Assembly (NCBI GenBank): GCA_025360705.1
Contig: JANYBQ010000046.1
Span: forward strand, 1 to 49,375
Direction of reading: 5' to 3'
Source: Betaproteobacteria bacterium
Lineage (GTDB): Bacteria; Pseudomonadota; Gammaproteobacteria; Burkholderiales; Burkholderiaceae_C
DNA: 49,375 bases
Part shown: piece after piece, positions 10,543 to 24,698 of the stretch
How the letters are laid out: each line of letters opens with the position of its first letter
How positions within the stretch are numbered: the first letter of the stretch is position 1
The notes under the pieces: model-generated
The model's database searches: none
What the model was told of the DNA's origin: nothing
What the model saw: the letters and a program-made list of their open reading frames with translations, nothing else
Program-made: the position numbers and the translations under genes

Positions 10543-11479
10543 AGATGCAGGGGCGACGCCGGATGCACCGACTCAGCACACGCCTTCGTATACGGGCCTC
10601 ACCGCGGGTGCCGCTTTGCGTAACGCGCGTGAGAACGCCGGACTGCATATCGCTACGCTTGCGGGTGTTCTCAAGGTCCCGGTCAGGAAACTTGAGGCGC
10701 TGGAATCCGACCATCTCGAGCTGTTGCCGGATGCGGTCTTTGCCCGCGCGCTCGCGGCCAGCATATGCCGAACGCTAAAGCTCGACCCCGGGCCTGTATT
10801 GAGCCTGTTGCCAGGCCAGGCGGCACCCCCCCTGCTGCCAGGTATCAAGATCAGTACGGCATCGTTCGACAGGCCCGGAATGGGCTGGCGCGTGCCGTTG
10901 TTTTCAAGGCTGCCCAAAGCTGTGGTTGTCACGGCGTCGGTGCTGGTCGCAGCGGCTTTGGCCCTGCTGTTCGTTCCTTCGCTGGATCGTCTGAAATCGA
11001 AGTTCGGTAAGGCGCCTGCCGATGCGGTGTTCAGCGACGGTAGCGGCGCGGCGCCTGCCACTTCAGTAAGCGAAACATCTGGCGCAAGGGCATCCGCGCA
11101 GGCCATCTCCAGCGCCGGTTCCGAAGCTCCCTTTGCCATCGCAGCCGTACCGGCCGGTTCACCAATTGCGCCTGCGCCAGCCGTCACTGCCGCAAGTAGC
11201 GATTCCTTGCTGGCGACGGGTGCCGACACGCGGACAACCGGCACCGGTCTGGTTGTCTTTCAAGCGCGCGGCTCGTCCTGGGTGGAAGTGACCGATGCCG
11301 GCGGTGTCGTGCAGTTGCGCAAGACCATGGTCAGCGGCGAATCCGCAAACGCTTCCGGGACCCTGCCGCTTTCCGTCATCGTGGGGCGCGCCGATTCGAC
11401 AGACGTGCTGGTACGTGGCAAGTCTTTCGACTTGGTCCCGTTGACCAAAGACAACGTCGCCAGATTCCAGATTAAATAA
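10535..11479 (+). CDS. rodZ: Cytoskeleton protein RodZ (HTH, TM, DUF4115)
   Basis: N-terminal [12 protein letters not shown]...LEALE, single TM, C-terminal SWVEVTD; start moved to ATG 10535. Confidence 0.85.
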   Translation: MSEDAGATPDAPTQHTPSYTGLTAGAALRNARENAGLHIATLAGVLKVPVRKLEALESDHLELLPDAVFARALAASICRTLKLDPGPVLSLLPGQAAPPLLPGIKISTASFDRPGMGWRVPLFSRLPKAVVVTASVLVAAALALLFVPSLDRLKSKFGKAPADAVFSDGSGAAPATSVSETSGARASAQAISSAGSEAPFAIAAVPAGSPIAPAPAVTAASSDSLLATGADTRTTGTGLVVFQARGSSWVEVTDAGGVVQLRKTMVSGESANASGTLPLSVIVGRADSTDVLVRGKSFDLVPLTKDNVARFQIK

Positions 11480-12753
11480 TGCAATCGACTCAACCTGTAG
11501 AGACCGCTGCCGCGGGCCGACGGCAATCGCGCCAGGCGCGCGTGGTGTGGGCCAGCCGCGTGGTGACGGTGGGCGGGGACGCGCCCGTGCGTGTGCAGTC
11601 CATGACCAATACGGACACGGTGGATGCGATCGGTACCGCCATCCAGGTCAAGCAGCTTGCGCTCGCCGGGTCGGAGATGGTGCGTATCACCGTCAATACG
11701 CCTGAAGCGGCGCGGGCGGTTCCGCATATTCGCGACCAGCTTGATCGCATGGGCATCGACGTTCCGCTGATCGGCGATTTTCACTACAACGGCCACCGCC
11801 TGTTGACGGATTTCCCGGCCTGTGCCGAAGCCTTGTCCAAGTACCGTATCAATCCGGGCAACGTCGGCAAGGGAGACAAGCGCGACCGGCAATTTGGTCA
11901 GATGATAGAAGCCGCCATGCGGTGGAACAAGCCGGTGCGAATCGGGGTTAATTGGGGCAGCCTGGACCAGGAGTTGTTGACCCGCCTGATGGATGAAAAT
12001 AATTCGCGTGCCGAGCCGTGGGACGCCAAACCGGTCATGTACGAGGCACTGATACGCTCTGCTGTCGAGTCCGCCGGGCGTGCCCAGTCCATGGGCATGG
12101 ACGGCAACCAGATCATGCTGTCGTGCAAGGTCAGCGGCGTGCAGGATCTGGTGTCGGTGTACCGCGCCTTGGCCAGGCGTTGCGACTACGCACTGCACCT
12201 TGGCCTGACCGAAGCGGGAATGGGAACCAAAGGTACGGTGGCGTCCGCGACCGCCCTGTCGATCCTGCTCCAGGAAGGTATCGGTGACACGATCCGGGTG
12301 TCGCTCACGCCCGCGCCCGGCGAGTCGCGCAACCAGGAAGTGGTGATAGCGTATGAAATTTTGCAGGCGCTGGGCGTACGTTCCTTCGTTCCCAGCGTCA
12401 CCGCATGTCCTGGTTGCGGGCGTACCACCAGCACGACGTTTCAGGAATTGACACAGCAAATCGATGAGTTCCTGCGTGCGCAGATGCCGCTCTGGCGCGA
12501 AAAATTCCCGGGCGTCGAAAAGCTAAAAGTAGCCGTGATGGGCTGCATCGTGAACGGTCCGGGCGAAAGCAAACACGCGGATATCGGCATCAGCCTTCCT
12601 GGCACTGGCGAGGCCCCGGCGGCCCCGGTGTTCATCGATGGCGAAAAACGCATGACTTTGCGTGGCGACGCTATTGCCCGGGATTTCCAGGCCGTGGTCG
12701 AGGACTACATCGAGAAACGTTTTGGCCAGCGCGCGGTCGCGCGGGGCGCATGA
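11479..12753 (+). CDS. ispG: (E)-4-hydroxy-3-methylbut-2-enyl-diphosphate synthase
   Basis: [45 protein letters not shown]. Confidence 0.97.
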   Translation: MQSTQPVETAAAGRRQSRQARVVWASRVVTVGGDAPVRVQSMTNTDTVDAIGTAIQVKQLALAGSEMVRITVNTPEAARAVPHIRDQLDRMGIDVPLIGDFHYNGHRLLTDFPACAEALSKYRINPGNVGKGDKRDRQFGQMIEAAMRWNKPVRIGVNWGSLDQELLTRLMDENNSRAEPWDAKPVMYEALIRSAVESAGRAQSMGMDGNQIMLSCKVSGVQDLVSVYRALARRCDYALHLGLTEAGMGTKGTVASATALSILLQEGIGDTIRVSLTPAPGESRNQEVVIAYEILQALGVRSFVPSVTACPGCGRTTSTTFQELTQQIDEFLRAQMPLWREKFPGVEKLKVAVMGCIVNGPGESKHADIGISLPGTGEAPAAPVFIDGEKRMTLRGDAIARDFQAVVEDYIEKRFGQRAVARGA

Positions 12754-14078
12754 CCAGAGTATTCATGGCAGAACAACCACCCGGTCCCAAGGCGCGAAAA
12801 CTCGCCGCGGTCAAGGGCATGAACGACATCTTTCCACCCGAGTCGGCGCAGTGGGAATGGTTCGAGCAGCAGGTACGCGACATCATGGGCGTTTACGCCT
12901 ACGGCAGTATTCGCACGCCGATCGTCGAACACACCCAGTTGTTCGTCAAAGGTACCGGCGAGACCACCGATATCGTCGAGAAGGAAATGTATTCGTTCGA
13001 GGACAGGTTGAACGGCGAGCAACTGACCTTGCGCCCCGAGAACACACCCGGTGTAGTGCGCGCCGCCATCGAGCACAACCTGACTTACGACGGCGGAAAA
13101 CGCCTTTATTACCTGGGACCGATGTTCCGGCATGAACGGCCGCAACGCGGGCGCTACCGTCAGTTCTACCAATTGGGCACGGAGGCGATCGGTTTTGCCG
13201 GGCCTGAAATGGATGCGGAGGTGATCGTTCTGGCTTCGCATTTGCTGCAGCGCCTGGGTCTGCCGGGTGTGCGGGTGGAACTCAACAGCCTGGGGCTAGC
13301 GGCCGAACGCCAGCAACATCGTGCGGCGCTGATCGCGTATTTCGAGCGCCACGCCGGTTTGCTGGATGCGGACGCCCAACGCCGTTTGCACACCAACCCG
13401 CTGCGCATCCTGGATACCAAGAATCCTGCCATGCAGGCCATGGTCGATGCAGCGCCCCAACTGTTGGGCTTTCTCGGTGAAGCATCGCTAAAGCATTTCG
13501 ATACCGTCAAGCAACTGTTAAATGTCAGCGGCGTGCCATGGAGCGTCAATCCGCGCGCCGTTCGGGGGCTGGACTATTACAGCCACACCGTGTTCGAGTT
13601 CATCACGGATGAACTGGGCGCCCAAGGCACCTTGTGCGGTGGCGGTCGTTATGACGGACTGTTCGAATTGCTTGGCGGCAAGCCTACCCCGGCGGTCGGA
13701 TGGGGTATGGGTATCGAGCGCGTCCTCGAGCTGGTGCGCGTACGCGGGCATGCCGTGGCGTCCGCAGTGCCCGATGCTTATGCCATCGTTCCAGAGTTGG
13801 CCGGCTTTCCGGTGGCTTTCCAGACCTTGCGGGCCCTGCGCTCGGCTGGCGTCAGCGTGCAAATGCATGCCGGCGCTCAGGAAGGCATGGGCAGCATGAA
13901 GTCGCAATTCAAGCGTGCCGATGCGAGCGGCGCGCGTTTTGCGCTGGTATTCGGGGCCGGTGAGTTGGCTCAGGGGTTGGTCACCGTGAAGTCTCTGCGT
14001 GACGGCACTGGCGCTCAGTTGACACGTGTGCTGGGCGACGTAGCCGCGTGGGCCGGCACCCTACAATCGCAGACCTAA
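12750..14078 (+). CDS. hisS: Histidine--tRNA ligase
   Basis: [43 protein letters not shown]; alternative start 12765. Confidence 0.97.
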   Translation: MTRVFMAEQPPGPKARKLAAVKGMNDIFPPESAQWEWFEQQVRDIMGVYAYGSIRTPIVEHTQLFVKGTGETTDIVEKEMYSFEDRLNGEQLTLRPENTPGVVRAAIEHNLTYDGGKRLYYLGPMFRHERPQRGRYRQFYQLGTEAIGFAGPEMDAEVIVLASHLLQRLGLPGVRVELNSLGLAAERQQHRAALIAYFERHAGLLDADAQRRLHTNPLRILDTKNPAMQAMVDAAPQLLGFLGEASLKHFDTVKQLLNVSGVPWSVNPRAVRGLDYYSHTVFEFITDELGAQGTLCGGGRYDGLFELLGGKPTPAVGWGMGIERVLELVRVRGHAVASAVPDAYAIVPELAGFPVAFQTLRALRSAGVSVQMHAGAQEGMGSMKSQFKRADASGARFALVFGAGELAQGLVTVKSLRDGTGAQLTRVLGDVAAWAGTLQSQT

Positions 14079-14090
14079 TCGAACCAAGAC

Positions 14091-14822
14091 ATGGCAAACC
14101 AACTCGACCTCGAAGAACAAGAGCAACTCGACCAGCTCAAGCATTTCTGGAAGCAATACGGTAATCTGATTACCTGGGCTCTGATCGTTGTGATGGGTGC
14201 GTACGCGGCATGGAATGGATATCAATACTGGCAACGCGGCCAGGCGTCCCAGGCAGCCGCCATGTTCGACGAAGTCGAACGGGTGTCCAAACTGGGTGAC
14301 ATCTCCAAGCTTGAACGCGCTTTCAGCGACATGCAAGACCGGTACGGCAGTACCGCCTATGCACAACAAAGCGGTTTGCTGGTTGCCAAGCTCTACTACG
14401 AAGCCGGCAAAGTGGATGCGGCCAAGGCCGCGCTGGAATGGGTGGCGACCAAGGCCCCGGATGATGGGTACCGGGCCATCGCCCGGCTCAGGCTGGCAGG
14501 CATATTGGCTGAAGCGAAAGCATTTCCAGAAGCATTGAGCCAGCTGGACGGAGCATTTCCTTCCGAATTTCTTTCGCTGGTGGCCGATCGCAAGGGAGAC
14601 ATTTTTGCGTTGCAGGGCAAAGCCGCTGAAGCAAAGGTGGAGTACGAAAAGGCGTACCGGGCTTTTGACGAACGCACTGAATACCGCCGCCTGGTCGAGC
14701 TAAAGCTCAACGCCTTGGGCGTCGATCCACGGGCGTCGGCACTCGCGCCGGCAAGCGCCGCCCTGGCTGCCACGCCAGCGGTGACCAGCGCCGCCGCATC
14801 CGCCACCGGGAGCGCGAAATGA
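14091..14822 (+). CDS. YfgM-family TPR membrane protein
   Basis: DLEEQEQLDQLKHFW, N-terminal TM, ARLRLA; between hisS and bamB. Confidence 0.88.
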   Translation: MANQLDLEEQEQLDQLKHFWKQYGNLITWALIVVMGAYAAWNGYQYWQRGQASQAAAMFDEVERVSKLGDISKLERAFSDMQDRYGSTAYAQQSGLLVAKLYYEAGKVDAAKAALEWVATKAPDDGYRAIARLRLAGILAEAKAFPEALSQLDGAFPSEFLSLVADRKGDIFALQGKAAEAKVEYEKAYRAFDERTEYRRLVELKLNALGVDPRASALAPASAALAATPAVTSAAASATGSAK

Positions 14823-15964
14823 CATTCAAACGATGGACTGACCGCCGCACCACGGCTTTGATTGCCACACTGGTTTTTGCAGGCGTACTCGCGGGTTGTG
14901 CCGGTCCGGACAAGCCCAAACCCGCGGAGTTGGGTCCCAATGCGGCATTGATCGATGCGCGCCTGGCCTGGTCGGCAAAGATCGGCCCGGTGGTGTTTCC
15001 GCTGGACATCAAGGTGAACGCCAATACGGTCACGCTGGCGAGTTCCGATGGAACGGTGCTGGCCATGGACGCTACTACCGGGCAGGATTTATGGCGCGTG
15101 CAAATTGCCGGCGCGCAGATCGGTGCCGGCGCGGGCAGCGACGGGCGTTATGCCGCCGTCGTGACGCGCGCCAACGACCTGGTGGTGATGGAGCGCGGTC
15201 GCGAAACCTGGCGCGAAAGCCTGGGTGTGCTCGCGTACACCGCGCCCCTGGTGGCGGGCGAGCGGGTTTTCGTAATGACCGCGGACCGGGCCGTAAGCGC
15301 GTTCGACGCGCAAACCGGACGCAAGCTCTGGAGCTACACGCGGCCTGGGGAGCAATTGCTTGCGCTGCGCCAGTCGGGTGTCCTGCTGGCAGTTGGCGAC
15401 ACCCTGGTGGCCGGTATTTCCGGCCGCCTGGTGGGCCTGAATCCGCTCAATGGAACATTGCGCTGGGAGGCGCCGATCGCCACTGCGCGCGGTACCAACG
15501 ATGTTGAACGGCTGATCGATCTGGTGGGCCGGGTCAGCCGCGAAGGCGACGTGGTCTGCGCACGCGCGTTTCAGGCCGCCGTCGGTTGTGTCAACACTCT
15601 GCGCGGTACCGCGTTGTGGAGCAAACCCGCGGCCGGTTCCGAGGGCGTGCATGGAGACGGTCAGTTTGTGTTTGGCACCGAGAGTGACGGCAAGGTAATC
15701 GCCTGGCGCCGCACTGACGGAGAACGCGTCTGGACCTCGGAACGCTTGAAATACCGGGGCCTGACAGCGCCGCTGGTGATCGGGCGTTCGGTGGCGGTGG
15801 GCGACGCGCAAGGCTTCCTGCATTTGCTCTCCAAGCAGGACGGCTCACCGTTAGGCCGCGTTGCGACCGATGGATCGGCAATTGCCGCGGCGCCGGTATT
15901 GGTGGGCAACACGCTGGTGGTCGTCACCCGCAACGGTGGAGTATTCGGCTTCAGGCCCGAGTGA
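14819..15964 (+). CDS. bamB: Outer membrane protein assembly factor BamB
   Basis: Lipobox LAGC, repeated PQQ-type beta-propeller motifs ([18 protein letters not shown]). Confidence 0.92.
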   Translation: MTFKRWTDRRTTALIATLVFAGVLAGCAGPDKPKPAELGPNAALIDARLAWSAKIGPVVFPLDIKVNANTVTLASSDGTVLAMDATTGQDLWRVQIAGAQIGAGAGSDGRYAAVVTRANDLVVMERGRETWRESLGVLAYTAPLVAGERVFVMTADRAVSAFDAQTGRKLWSYTRPGEQLLALRQSGVLLAVGDTLVAGISGRLVGLNPLNGTLRWEAPIATARGTNDVERLIDLVGRVSREGDVVCARAFQAAVGCVNTLRGTALWSKPAAGSEGVHGDGQFVFGTESDGKVIAWRRTDGERVWTSERLKYRGLTAPLVIGRSVAVGDAQGFLHLLSKQDGSPLGRVATDGSAIAAAPVLVGNTLVVVTRNGGVFGFRPE

Positions 15965-15992
15965 CCCGGACCTCGGAAAAGCGCTGCGTTCC

Positions 15993-17336
15993 ATGAAGCC
16001 GGTACTGGCCCTGATCGGCCGCCCCAACGTGGGCAAATCCACGCTGTTCAATCGTTTGACCAGAACCCGCGACGCCATCGTGGCCGACTTCGCTGGCCTC
16101 ACGCGCGACCGGCACTACGGCAACGGCAAACACGGCAAATACGAGTTCATCGCCATCGACACCGGAGGCTTCGAGCCCGATGCCAGCAGCGGCATTGTCA
16201 AAGAGATGGCCAAACAAACCCGACAGGCAGTAGCGGAGGCCGACGTGGTCCTGTTTGTGGTCGACGCTCGCGAGGGCATCTCGGCGCAGGACCATGAAAT
16301 CGCGCGGTATTTGCGTCGTCTGGGAAAAGTGTGCGTCCTGGTCGCCAACAAGGCGGAAGGCATGAAGGACGGTACGCGGCTTTCCGAGTTTTTTGAATTG
16401 GGACTCGGAGAGGTGCATGCCGTGTCGGCTGCGCACGGACAGGGTATCGGAGCGCTGCTGGACCTTGCACTGGAGCAATACACAATTCCCGAGCAGGACG
16501 AGGCGGAGGACGACCACCAAAGCGGAGCCATAAAACTGGCCGTGGCTGGCCGACCCAACGTCGGAAAGTCCACGCTCATCAATACCTGGCTGGGCGAAGA
16601 ACGTCTGGTTGCCTTCGACCAGCCGGGCACCACGCGTGATGCCATTACGGTGCCTTTTGAGCGGAACGGCCAGCTGTTCGAGCTGATCGACACTGCGGGA
16701 CTGCGTCGGCGCGGCAAGGTGTTCGAGGCGATCGAGAAGTTTTCGGTGGTCAAGACCTTGCAGGCTATCGAGTCGGCCAATGTGGTGCTTTTATTGATCG
16801 ACGCCACGCAGGGTGTCACCGACCAGGATGCCCATATCGCCGGATATATTCTTGAGAGTGGGCGGGCGGTGGTGCTGGCGATCAACAAATGGGATGCAGT
16901 GGACGCGTACCAGCGCGAATTGGTCAAACGCTCGATAGAAACCCGCCTGCCTTTTCTGAAGTTCGCGGCTATGCACTTGATCTCGGCAACCAAACGCCAG
17001 GGGCTGGGGCCTTTGTGGGGGTCGATTGCACAAGCCCATAAAGCCGCCAACTGCAAAATGTCTACGCCACTTTTAACGCGCCTGTTACTTGAGGCGGTGC
17101 AGTTTCAGAGTCCGAAGCGCGCCGGCATGTTCCGGCCCAAATTGCGTTATGCCCACCAGGGGGGCATGAATCCTCCCATCATCGTGGTTCATGGCAACTC
17201 TCTGGAACATGTGACGGACGCCTACAAACGTTTCCTGGAAGGGCGTTTTCGCAAGGAGTTCGACCTGGTTGGGACACCGTTGCGGATCCAGATGAAGACT
17301 TCTCAAAACCCATACGCCGACAATGGCCGGGACTGA
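15993..17336 (+). CDS. der: Ribosome biogenesis GTPase Der (EngA)
   Basis: Two GTPase domains (GRPNVGKST twice, DTGG/DTAG, NKAE/NKWD); start MKPVLAL. Confidence 0.97.
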   Translation: MKPVLALIGRPNVGKSTLFNRLTRTRDAIVADFAGLTRDRHYGNGKHGKYEFIAIDTGGFEPDASSGIVKEMAKQTRQAVAEADVVLFVVDAREGISAQDHEIARYLRRLGKVCVLVANKAEGMKDGTRLSEFFELGLGEVHAVSAAHGQGIGALLDLALEQYTIPEQDEAEDDHQSGAIKLAVAGRPNVGKSTLINTWLGEERLVAFDQPGTTRDAITVPFERNGQLFELIDTAGLRRRGKVFEAIEKFSVVKTLQAIESANVVLLLIDATQGVTDQDAHIAGYILESGRAVVLAINKWDAVDAYQRELVKRSIETRLPFLKFAAMHLISATKRQGLGPLWGSIAQAHKAANCKMSTPLLTRLLLEAVQFQSPKRAGMFRPKLRYAHQGGMNPPIIVVHGNSLEHVTDAYKRFLEGRFRKEFDLVGTPLRIQMKTSQNPYADNGRD

Positions 17337-17447
17337 AAACCGCGGGCTGTCCGCGAAATTGTGGGTTTAGGCGGGCATTGCCGCGGCAGCGTACATCGCT
17401 GTGGTATCGTACTTTTTTAACTTCACTTATTGAACACGGAGAATATC

Positions 17448-17696
17448 GTGAGCAACAAAGGTCAGCTATTACAAGACCCGTTCCTGAACGCATTGCGGCG
17501 GGAACACATACCGGTCTCGATCTATCTGGTTAATGGGATCAAATTGCAGGGGCAAATTGAGTCGTTCGACCAGTACGTAGTGTTGCTGCGCAACACCGTA
17601 ACCCAGATGGTCTACAAACATGCGATCTCCACCATTGTGCCGGGGCGCGCGGTCAACTTCACTGCTGTTGAGGGTGGTGAACCCGCAGCCGCTTGA
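17448..17696 (+). CDS. hfq: RNA chaperone Hfq
   Basis: [33 protein letters not shown]; GTG start after GGAGA RBS. Confidence 0.97.
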   Translation: MSNKGQLLQDPFLNALRREHIPVSIYLVNGIKLQGQIESFDQYVVLLRNTVTQMVYKHAISTIVPGRAVNFTAVEGGEPAAA

Positions 17697-17755
17697 GCTC
17701 TGCCGTGGCACCCGCGCGGCCGGACGCGGGCCGCTGATTCTATTTCCCGGCCCCC

Positions 17756-18955
17756 TTGAGTTCTTCCGCTACTCCTGACACTTCAACCGCGCCGACCATA
17801 TTGGTCGGCGTGGATTTCGGCTTGCCGAACTTCGATGTCAAGCTGGAGGAACTGGGTTTATTGGCCTTGACCGCCGGGCTTACACCCGTGGCCCGGGTCA
17901 CATGTAAACGCAAGGCGCCCGACGCGGCCTTGTTTCTGGGCAGCGGCAAGGCGGATGAAATCAAACTGCTGGCGCAACAGACCGGCGCCACCGAAGTGTT
18001 GTTCGATCAGGCGTTGAGCCCGGCGCAACAGCGCAATCTGGAACGACACCTCGAGTTGCCCGTCAACGACCGCACTTTATTGATCCTGGAAATATTTGCC
18101 CAGCGTGCGCGTAGCCACGAGGGCAAATTGCAAGTTGAACTGGCGCGGCTTCAGTACCTCAGTACCCGGCTGGTGCGGCGCTGGTCGCACCTGGAGCGCC
18201 AGCGCGGAGGCATTGGCACGCGTGGCGGTCCTGGAGAAACCCAGATCGAACTGGACCGGCGCATGATTGGTGAAAACATAAAGCGCACCAAGGAGCGGTT
18301 GCACAAGGTCAAACGGCAGCGGCACACGCAGCGGCGTCAACGCGAGCGCCGCGACGCCTTCAATATTTCGCTGGTGGGTTACACCAATGCCGGGAAAACC
18401 AGCCTGTTCAACAGCCTGGTAAACGCACGTGCATATGTCGCAGACCAATTGTTCGCGACACTCGATACCACAACGCGCCAGCTTTACCTGGGTGAGGCGG
18501 GACGTTCGGCCTCGTTGTCGGACACGGTGGGATTTATCCGCAATCTGCCGCACGGCCTGATCGATGCGTTTGAGGCGACTTTGCAGGAGGCAGTGGACGC
18601 CGATGTGTTGTTGCATGTTGTCGATGCGTCCAACCCCAACCATCCTGAGCAAATGCGTGAGGTAACACGCGTGTTGGCCGAGATCGGCGCTGCGGACGTT
18701 CCGCAAGTGCTGGTATTTAATAAACTCGATGCGATTGAAAATGACTACATGCCCCACAACCTGCAGGACACGATGGACCTGGAAGGCGTGCAGATGGACC
18801 GATTTTTTGTAAGTGCCAGAACCGGTGCGGGTCTGACGGGTTTGCGGCGGCATCTGGCGAGCTTGGCCTGCAACGACCGGGACGCGACCAGCCGCGAGGA
18901 TTTTGCCCTTGAACCAGTTGAGGCTGCTGTGCGATTGGGCACAATCGAACCATGA
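17756..18955 (+). CDS. hflX: GTPase HflX
   Basis: EGKLQVELARL, GPGETQIELDRR, GYTNAGKT, LFATLD, DTVGF; TTG start uncertain. Confidence 0.95.
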   Translation: MSSSATPDTSTAPTILVGVDFGLPNFDVKLEELGLLALTAGLTPVARVTCKRKAPDAALFLGSGKADEIKLLAQQTGATEVLFDQALSPAQQRNLERHLELPVNDRTLLILEIFAQRARSHEGKLQVELARLQYLSTRLVRRWSHLERQRGGIGTRGGPGETQIELDRRMIGENIKRTKERLHKVKRQRHTQRRQRERRDAFNISLVGYTNAGKTSLFNSLVNARAYVADQLFATLDTTTRQLYLGEAGRSASLSDTVGFIRNLPHGLIDAFEATLQEAVDADVLLHVVDASNPNHPEQMREVTRVLAEIGAADVPQVLVFNKLDAIENDYMPHNLQDTMDLEGVQMDRFFVSARTGAGLTGLRRHLASLACNDRDATSREDFALEPVEAAVRLGTIEP

Positions 18956-18958
18956 TAA

Positions 18959-20371
18959 ATGCGAGAAGCTGAGATGAAATTGCAATTACCCGGGTGGGGA
19001 TGGGCTGAGTTGTCGGGTCGTTTCAGAGGCATGTTCAACCTGAACGACTCGCGCTGGGGCCGCGGCGATGAAAAGCCGAGCGACAGCAGCAAACCCGAAG
19101 CGCCGCCACCCCAGGGCGAACCCCCTGCGGCACCGCCGCAAGGCAATGGTGGGCGCGGACAGGGACCCAATCAAGGCCCACCCGATCTGGACGAATTGTG
19201 GCGTGACTTCAATCGCAGGCTGGGCAGCCTTTTTGGAGGTTCGCGTAACGGCGGTCGCGGCAATAACAAAGGACCTCTGGGCGGGGGAAATGGAGGTGGA
19301 TTTCAGCCTGACATGAAAAGCGCGGGGGTAGGTGCCGGTCTGATCGCGGCCGTGGTTGTGCTGATCTGGCTTGGCACCGGTTTTTTCATCGTGCAGGAAG
19401 GCCAGCAGGCCGTCATCACCCAGTTTGGCAAATACAAAACCACGCTCGGCGCGGGTTTCAACTGGCGGCTGCCATACCCGATTCAGCGCCACGAACTCGT
19501 ATTCGTGACGCAAATCCGCTCGGTCGATGTAGGGCGCGATGCGGTGGTCAAAGCCACCGGTTTGCGCGAGTCGGCAATGTTGACCGAAGACGAAAACATT
19601 GTCGAAATCAAGTTCGCGGTGCAGTACCGCCTGAGTGACGCGCGTGCATTTTTATTCGAGAGCAAGAATCCGGCTGACGCCGTGGTGCAGGCCGCCGAGA
19701 CAGCGGTGCGCGAGGTGGTTGGCAAGATGCGCATGGACTCGGCTTTGTCGGAAGAGCGCGATCAAATCGCGCCGCGCGTGCGCACTTTGATGCAGTCCAT
19801 CCTGGACCGTTACAAGATGGGCATCGACGTCGTGGGTATCAACTTGCAGCAGGGCGGAGTACGCCCGCCGGAGCAAGTTCAGGCGGCTTTCGACGACGTG
19901 CTCAAAGCCGGCCAGGAACGCGAGCGCGCCAAGAACGAAGCGCAGGCGTATGCCAACGACGTGGTGCCGCGTGCGGTGGGTTCGGCTTCCAGGCTCAAGG
20001 AGGAGGCGGACGCCTACAAGTCGCGCATCGTGGCGCAGGCGCAAGGTGATGCCCAACGTTTCAAGTCGGTTCTGGCCGAGTACCAGAAGGCGCCCCAGGT
20101 CACGAGGGACCGTATGTACCTGGAGGGCATGCAGCAGATTTACAGCAACGTGACCAAGGTGCTGGTGGACTCGCGCCAGGGCTCCAATCTGTTGTATCTG
20201 CCGCTGGACAAAATCATGCAGATGCCTGCGGCGGCAAGCGCTGCGGACACCACCACGCCGCCCGGTGCTAATACTGTTCCCGCGACCGCCGGTGCTGCCG
20301 TGTCGGGCAATTCGTCATCGGATGCCCGCACGCGGGATACAGCGCGTTCGCGTGAACGCGAGACACGTTAG
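18959..20371 (+). CDS. hflK: FtsH protease modulator HflK
   Basis: QGPPDLDELW, SPFH domain, MLTEDENIV, APQVTRDRMYLE; alternative starts 18974/19031. Confidence 0.95.
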   Translation: MREAEMKLQLPGWGWAELSGRFRGMFNLNDSRWGRGDEKPSDSSKPEAPPPQGEPPAAPPQGNGGRGQGPNQGPPDLDELWRDFNRRLGSLFGGSRNGGRGNNKGPLGGGNGGGFQPDMKSAGVGAGLIAAVVVLIWLGTGFFIVQEGQQAVITQFGKYKTTLGAGFNWRLPYPIQRHELVFVTQIRSVDVGRDAVVKATGLRESAMLTEDENIVEIKFAVQYRLSDARAFLFESKNPADAVVQAAETAVREVVGKMRMDSALSEERDQIAPRVRTLMQSILDRYKMGIDVVGINLQQGGVRPPEQVQAAFDDVLKAGQERERAKNEAQAYANDVVPRAVGSASRLKEEADAYKSRIVAQAQGDAQRFKSVLAEYQKAPQVTRDRMYLEGMQQIYSNVTKVLVDSRQGSNLLYLPLDKIMQMPAAASAADTTTPPGANTVPATAGAAVSGNSSSDARTRDTARSRERETR

Positions 20372-20379
20372 GAAATACC

Positions 20380-21282
20380 ATGAACAGGATCGGTTTTATA
20401 TTCGCTTCGATTTTGTTGGTGCTGGCAATCGCCAGTTCGATGCTGTTCGTTGTTGACCAGAGGCAATTTGGGGTTGTGTACGCCTTGGGACAAATCAAGG
20501 ACGTCATCCTCGAACCCGGTTTGAATTTCAAGCTGCCGCCACCGTTTCAAAACGTCTCATACATCGACAAACGGCTTTTGACGCTGGACACCACCGATAC
20601 CGAACCTCTGCTGACCGCGGAAAAGCAGCGTGTGGTCATCGACTGGTACGTGCGTTGGAGAATTTCGGAGCCGACGCAGTTCATCCGCAATGTCGGCCTG
20701 GATGAGTCGGCCGGTGCCGCACAGCTAAATCGCGTCGTTCGCAATGCGTTCCAGGAAGAAATCAACAAGGTTACGGTCAAGGAATTGTTGTCCCTAAAGC
20801 GCGAAAAGCTGACGGCCGACGTCAAGGCCGAAGTGCTTGAAAAGGTGCGCGGCGACAAACCTTGGGGTATCGACGTGGTCGACGTGCGTATTACACGCGC
20901 CGATTATGTGGAGGCGATCACCGAATCGGTTTACAGACGCATGGACGCCGAACGTAAACGCGTTGCCAACGAGCTGCGTTCCACCGGCGCCGCCGAAGGT
21001 GAAAAAATTCGCGCCGACGCCGACCGGCAGCGCGAAGTAACCATTGCCAATGCCTATCGCGATGCGCAAAAGATCAAAGGTGAAGGCGACGCCGAGGCCG
21101 CGAAGATTTACGCCGAGGCGTTTGGGCGCGATCCCCAGTTCGCCCAGTTTTACCGCAGCTTGGAGGCCTATAAAGCCAGCTTCACCAAGAAAAGCGATCT
21201 GATGGTCCTGGACCCGTCATCGTCGGAATTCTTCAAGGCAATGCGCGGCAATACCGTGCCGTTACCGACGCCAAAGAAGTAA
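20380..21282 (+). CDS. hflC: FtsH protease modulator HflC
   Basis: N-terminal TM, SPFH domain, GEGDAEAA, FYRSLEAY. Confidence 0.95.
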   Translation: MNRIGFIFASILLVLAIASSMLFVVDQRQFGVVYALGQIKDVILEPGLNFKLPPPFQNVSYIDKRLLTLDTTDTEPLLTAEKQRVVIDWYVRWRISEPTQFIRNVGLDESAGAAQLNRVVRNAFQEEINKVTVKELLSLKREKLTADVKAEVLEKVRGDKPWGIDVVDVRITRADYVEAITESVYRRMDAERKRVANELRSTGAAEGEKIRADADRQREVTIANAYRDAQKIKGEGDAEAAKIYAEAFGRDPQFAQFYRSLEAYKASFTKKSDLMVLDPSSSEFFKAMRGNTVPLPTPKK

Positions 21283-21285
21283 GGT

Positions 21286-21474
21286 TTGGACGGCAACACA
21301 TTCTGGCTGGCACTCGCATTGGTGCTGGTCATCGAGGGCCTGCTTCCTTTCCTGTCGCCATCTGGCTGGCGGCGCATGTTTCAGCGGATATTTCAACTGC
21401 ATGACGGCCAGGTTCGGTTTTTCGGCCTGTGTAGCATCATTGTGGGCCTGGTCCTTGCATGGTTGTTTTCATGA
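21286..21474 (+). CDS. DUF2065 (YjeT-like) small membrane protein
   Basis: ALVLVIEGLLPFLSP...WRRMF...RFFGL; canonical position after hflC. Confidence 0.85.
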   Translation: MDGNTFWLALALVLVIEGLLPFLSPSGWRRMFQRIFQLHDGQVRFFGLCSIIVGLVLAWLFS

Positions 21475-21529
21475 CGAATCGGCTCTGCGGAGCCCGGTAA
21501 AATCGCTGCTTTAACAGTCCCCGCCAAAC

Positions 21530-24066
<2,537 letters not shown>

Positions 24067-24100
24067 CAGTGCCAAACAGCGACCAACCCGGGAGCGGAAG

Positions 24101-24625
24101 ATGTTGACAGAAGACGGAAAACACCTGTACGTCAGTTATGACGAGTACCACAACCTGATCGAAAAACTGGCGATCAAGGTTCACCTGTCGGGGTGGCGGT
24201 TCGATACCATTCTTTGCCTCGCGCGCGGTGGCATGCGTCCCGGCGACGTCCTGTCGCGCATTTTTGACAAGCCGCTGGCGATCATGTCCACCAGTTCGTA
24301 TCGCGCTGACGCGGGAACGCAGCAAGGCAAACTCGATATCGCGCATTACATAACCACGCCGCGCGGAGAAATCGCGGGCAAGGTACTTCTGGTCGATGAC
24401 CTGGCCGATACCGGCCACACGCTCAAGGCGGTCATCGACCAACTTCGCTGCAACTACAAACCAATCACTGAACTGCGCAGCGCGGTGATATGGACCAAAG
24501 GCGTGTCCGCCTTCACCGCCGACTATTCGGTCGAGTTCCTGCCCACCAATCCCTGGATACACCAGCCGTTCGAGGGGTACGACTCGATGCAGCCGCAGCA
24601 GCTTATCGCCAAATGGAGTGTGTGA
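24101..24625 (+). CDS. Type I phosphoribosyltransferase (purine PRTase-like)
   Basis: LARGG and PRPP motif VLLVDDLADTGHT; adjacent to purA. Confidence 0.85.
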   Translation: MLTEDGKHLYVSYDEYHNLIEKLAIKVHLSGWRFDTILCLARGGMRPGDVLSRIFDKPLAIMSTSSYRADAGTQQGKLDIAHYITTPRGEIAGKVLLVDDLADTGHTLKAVIDQLRCNYKPITELRSAVIWTKGVSAFTADYSVEFLPTNPWIHQPFEGYDSMQPQQLIAKWSV

Positions 24626-24698
24626 ACTTCGGCGGGTAACAAGCGCGGTTGCAGGCGGCCGGCAAGCGCTGTCGCAATTGATGGAAAACCATTTGAAC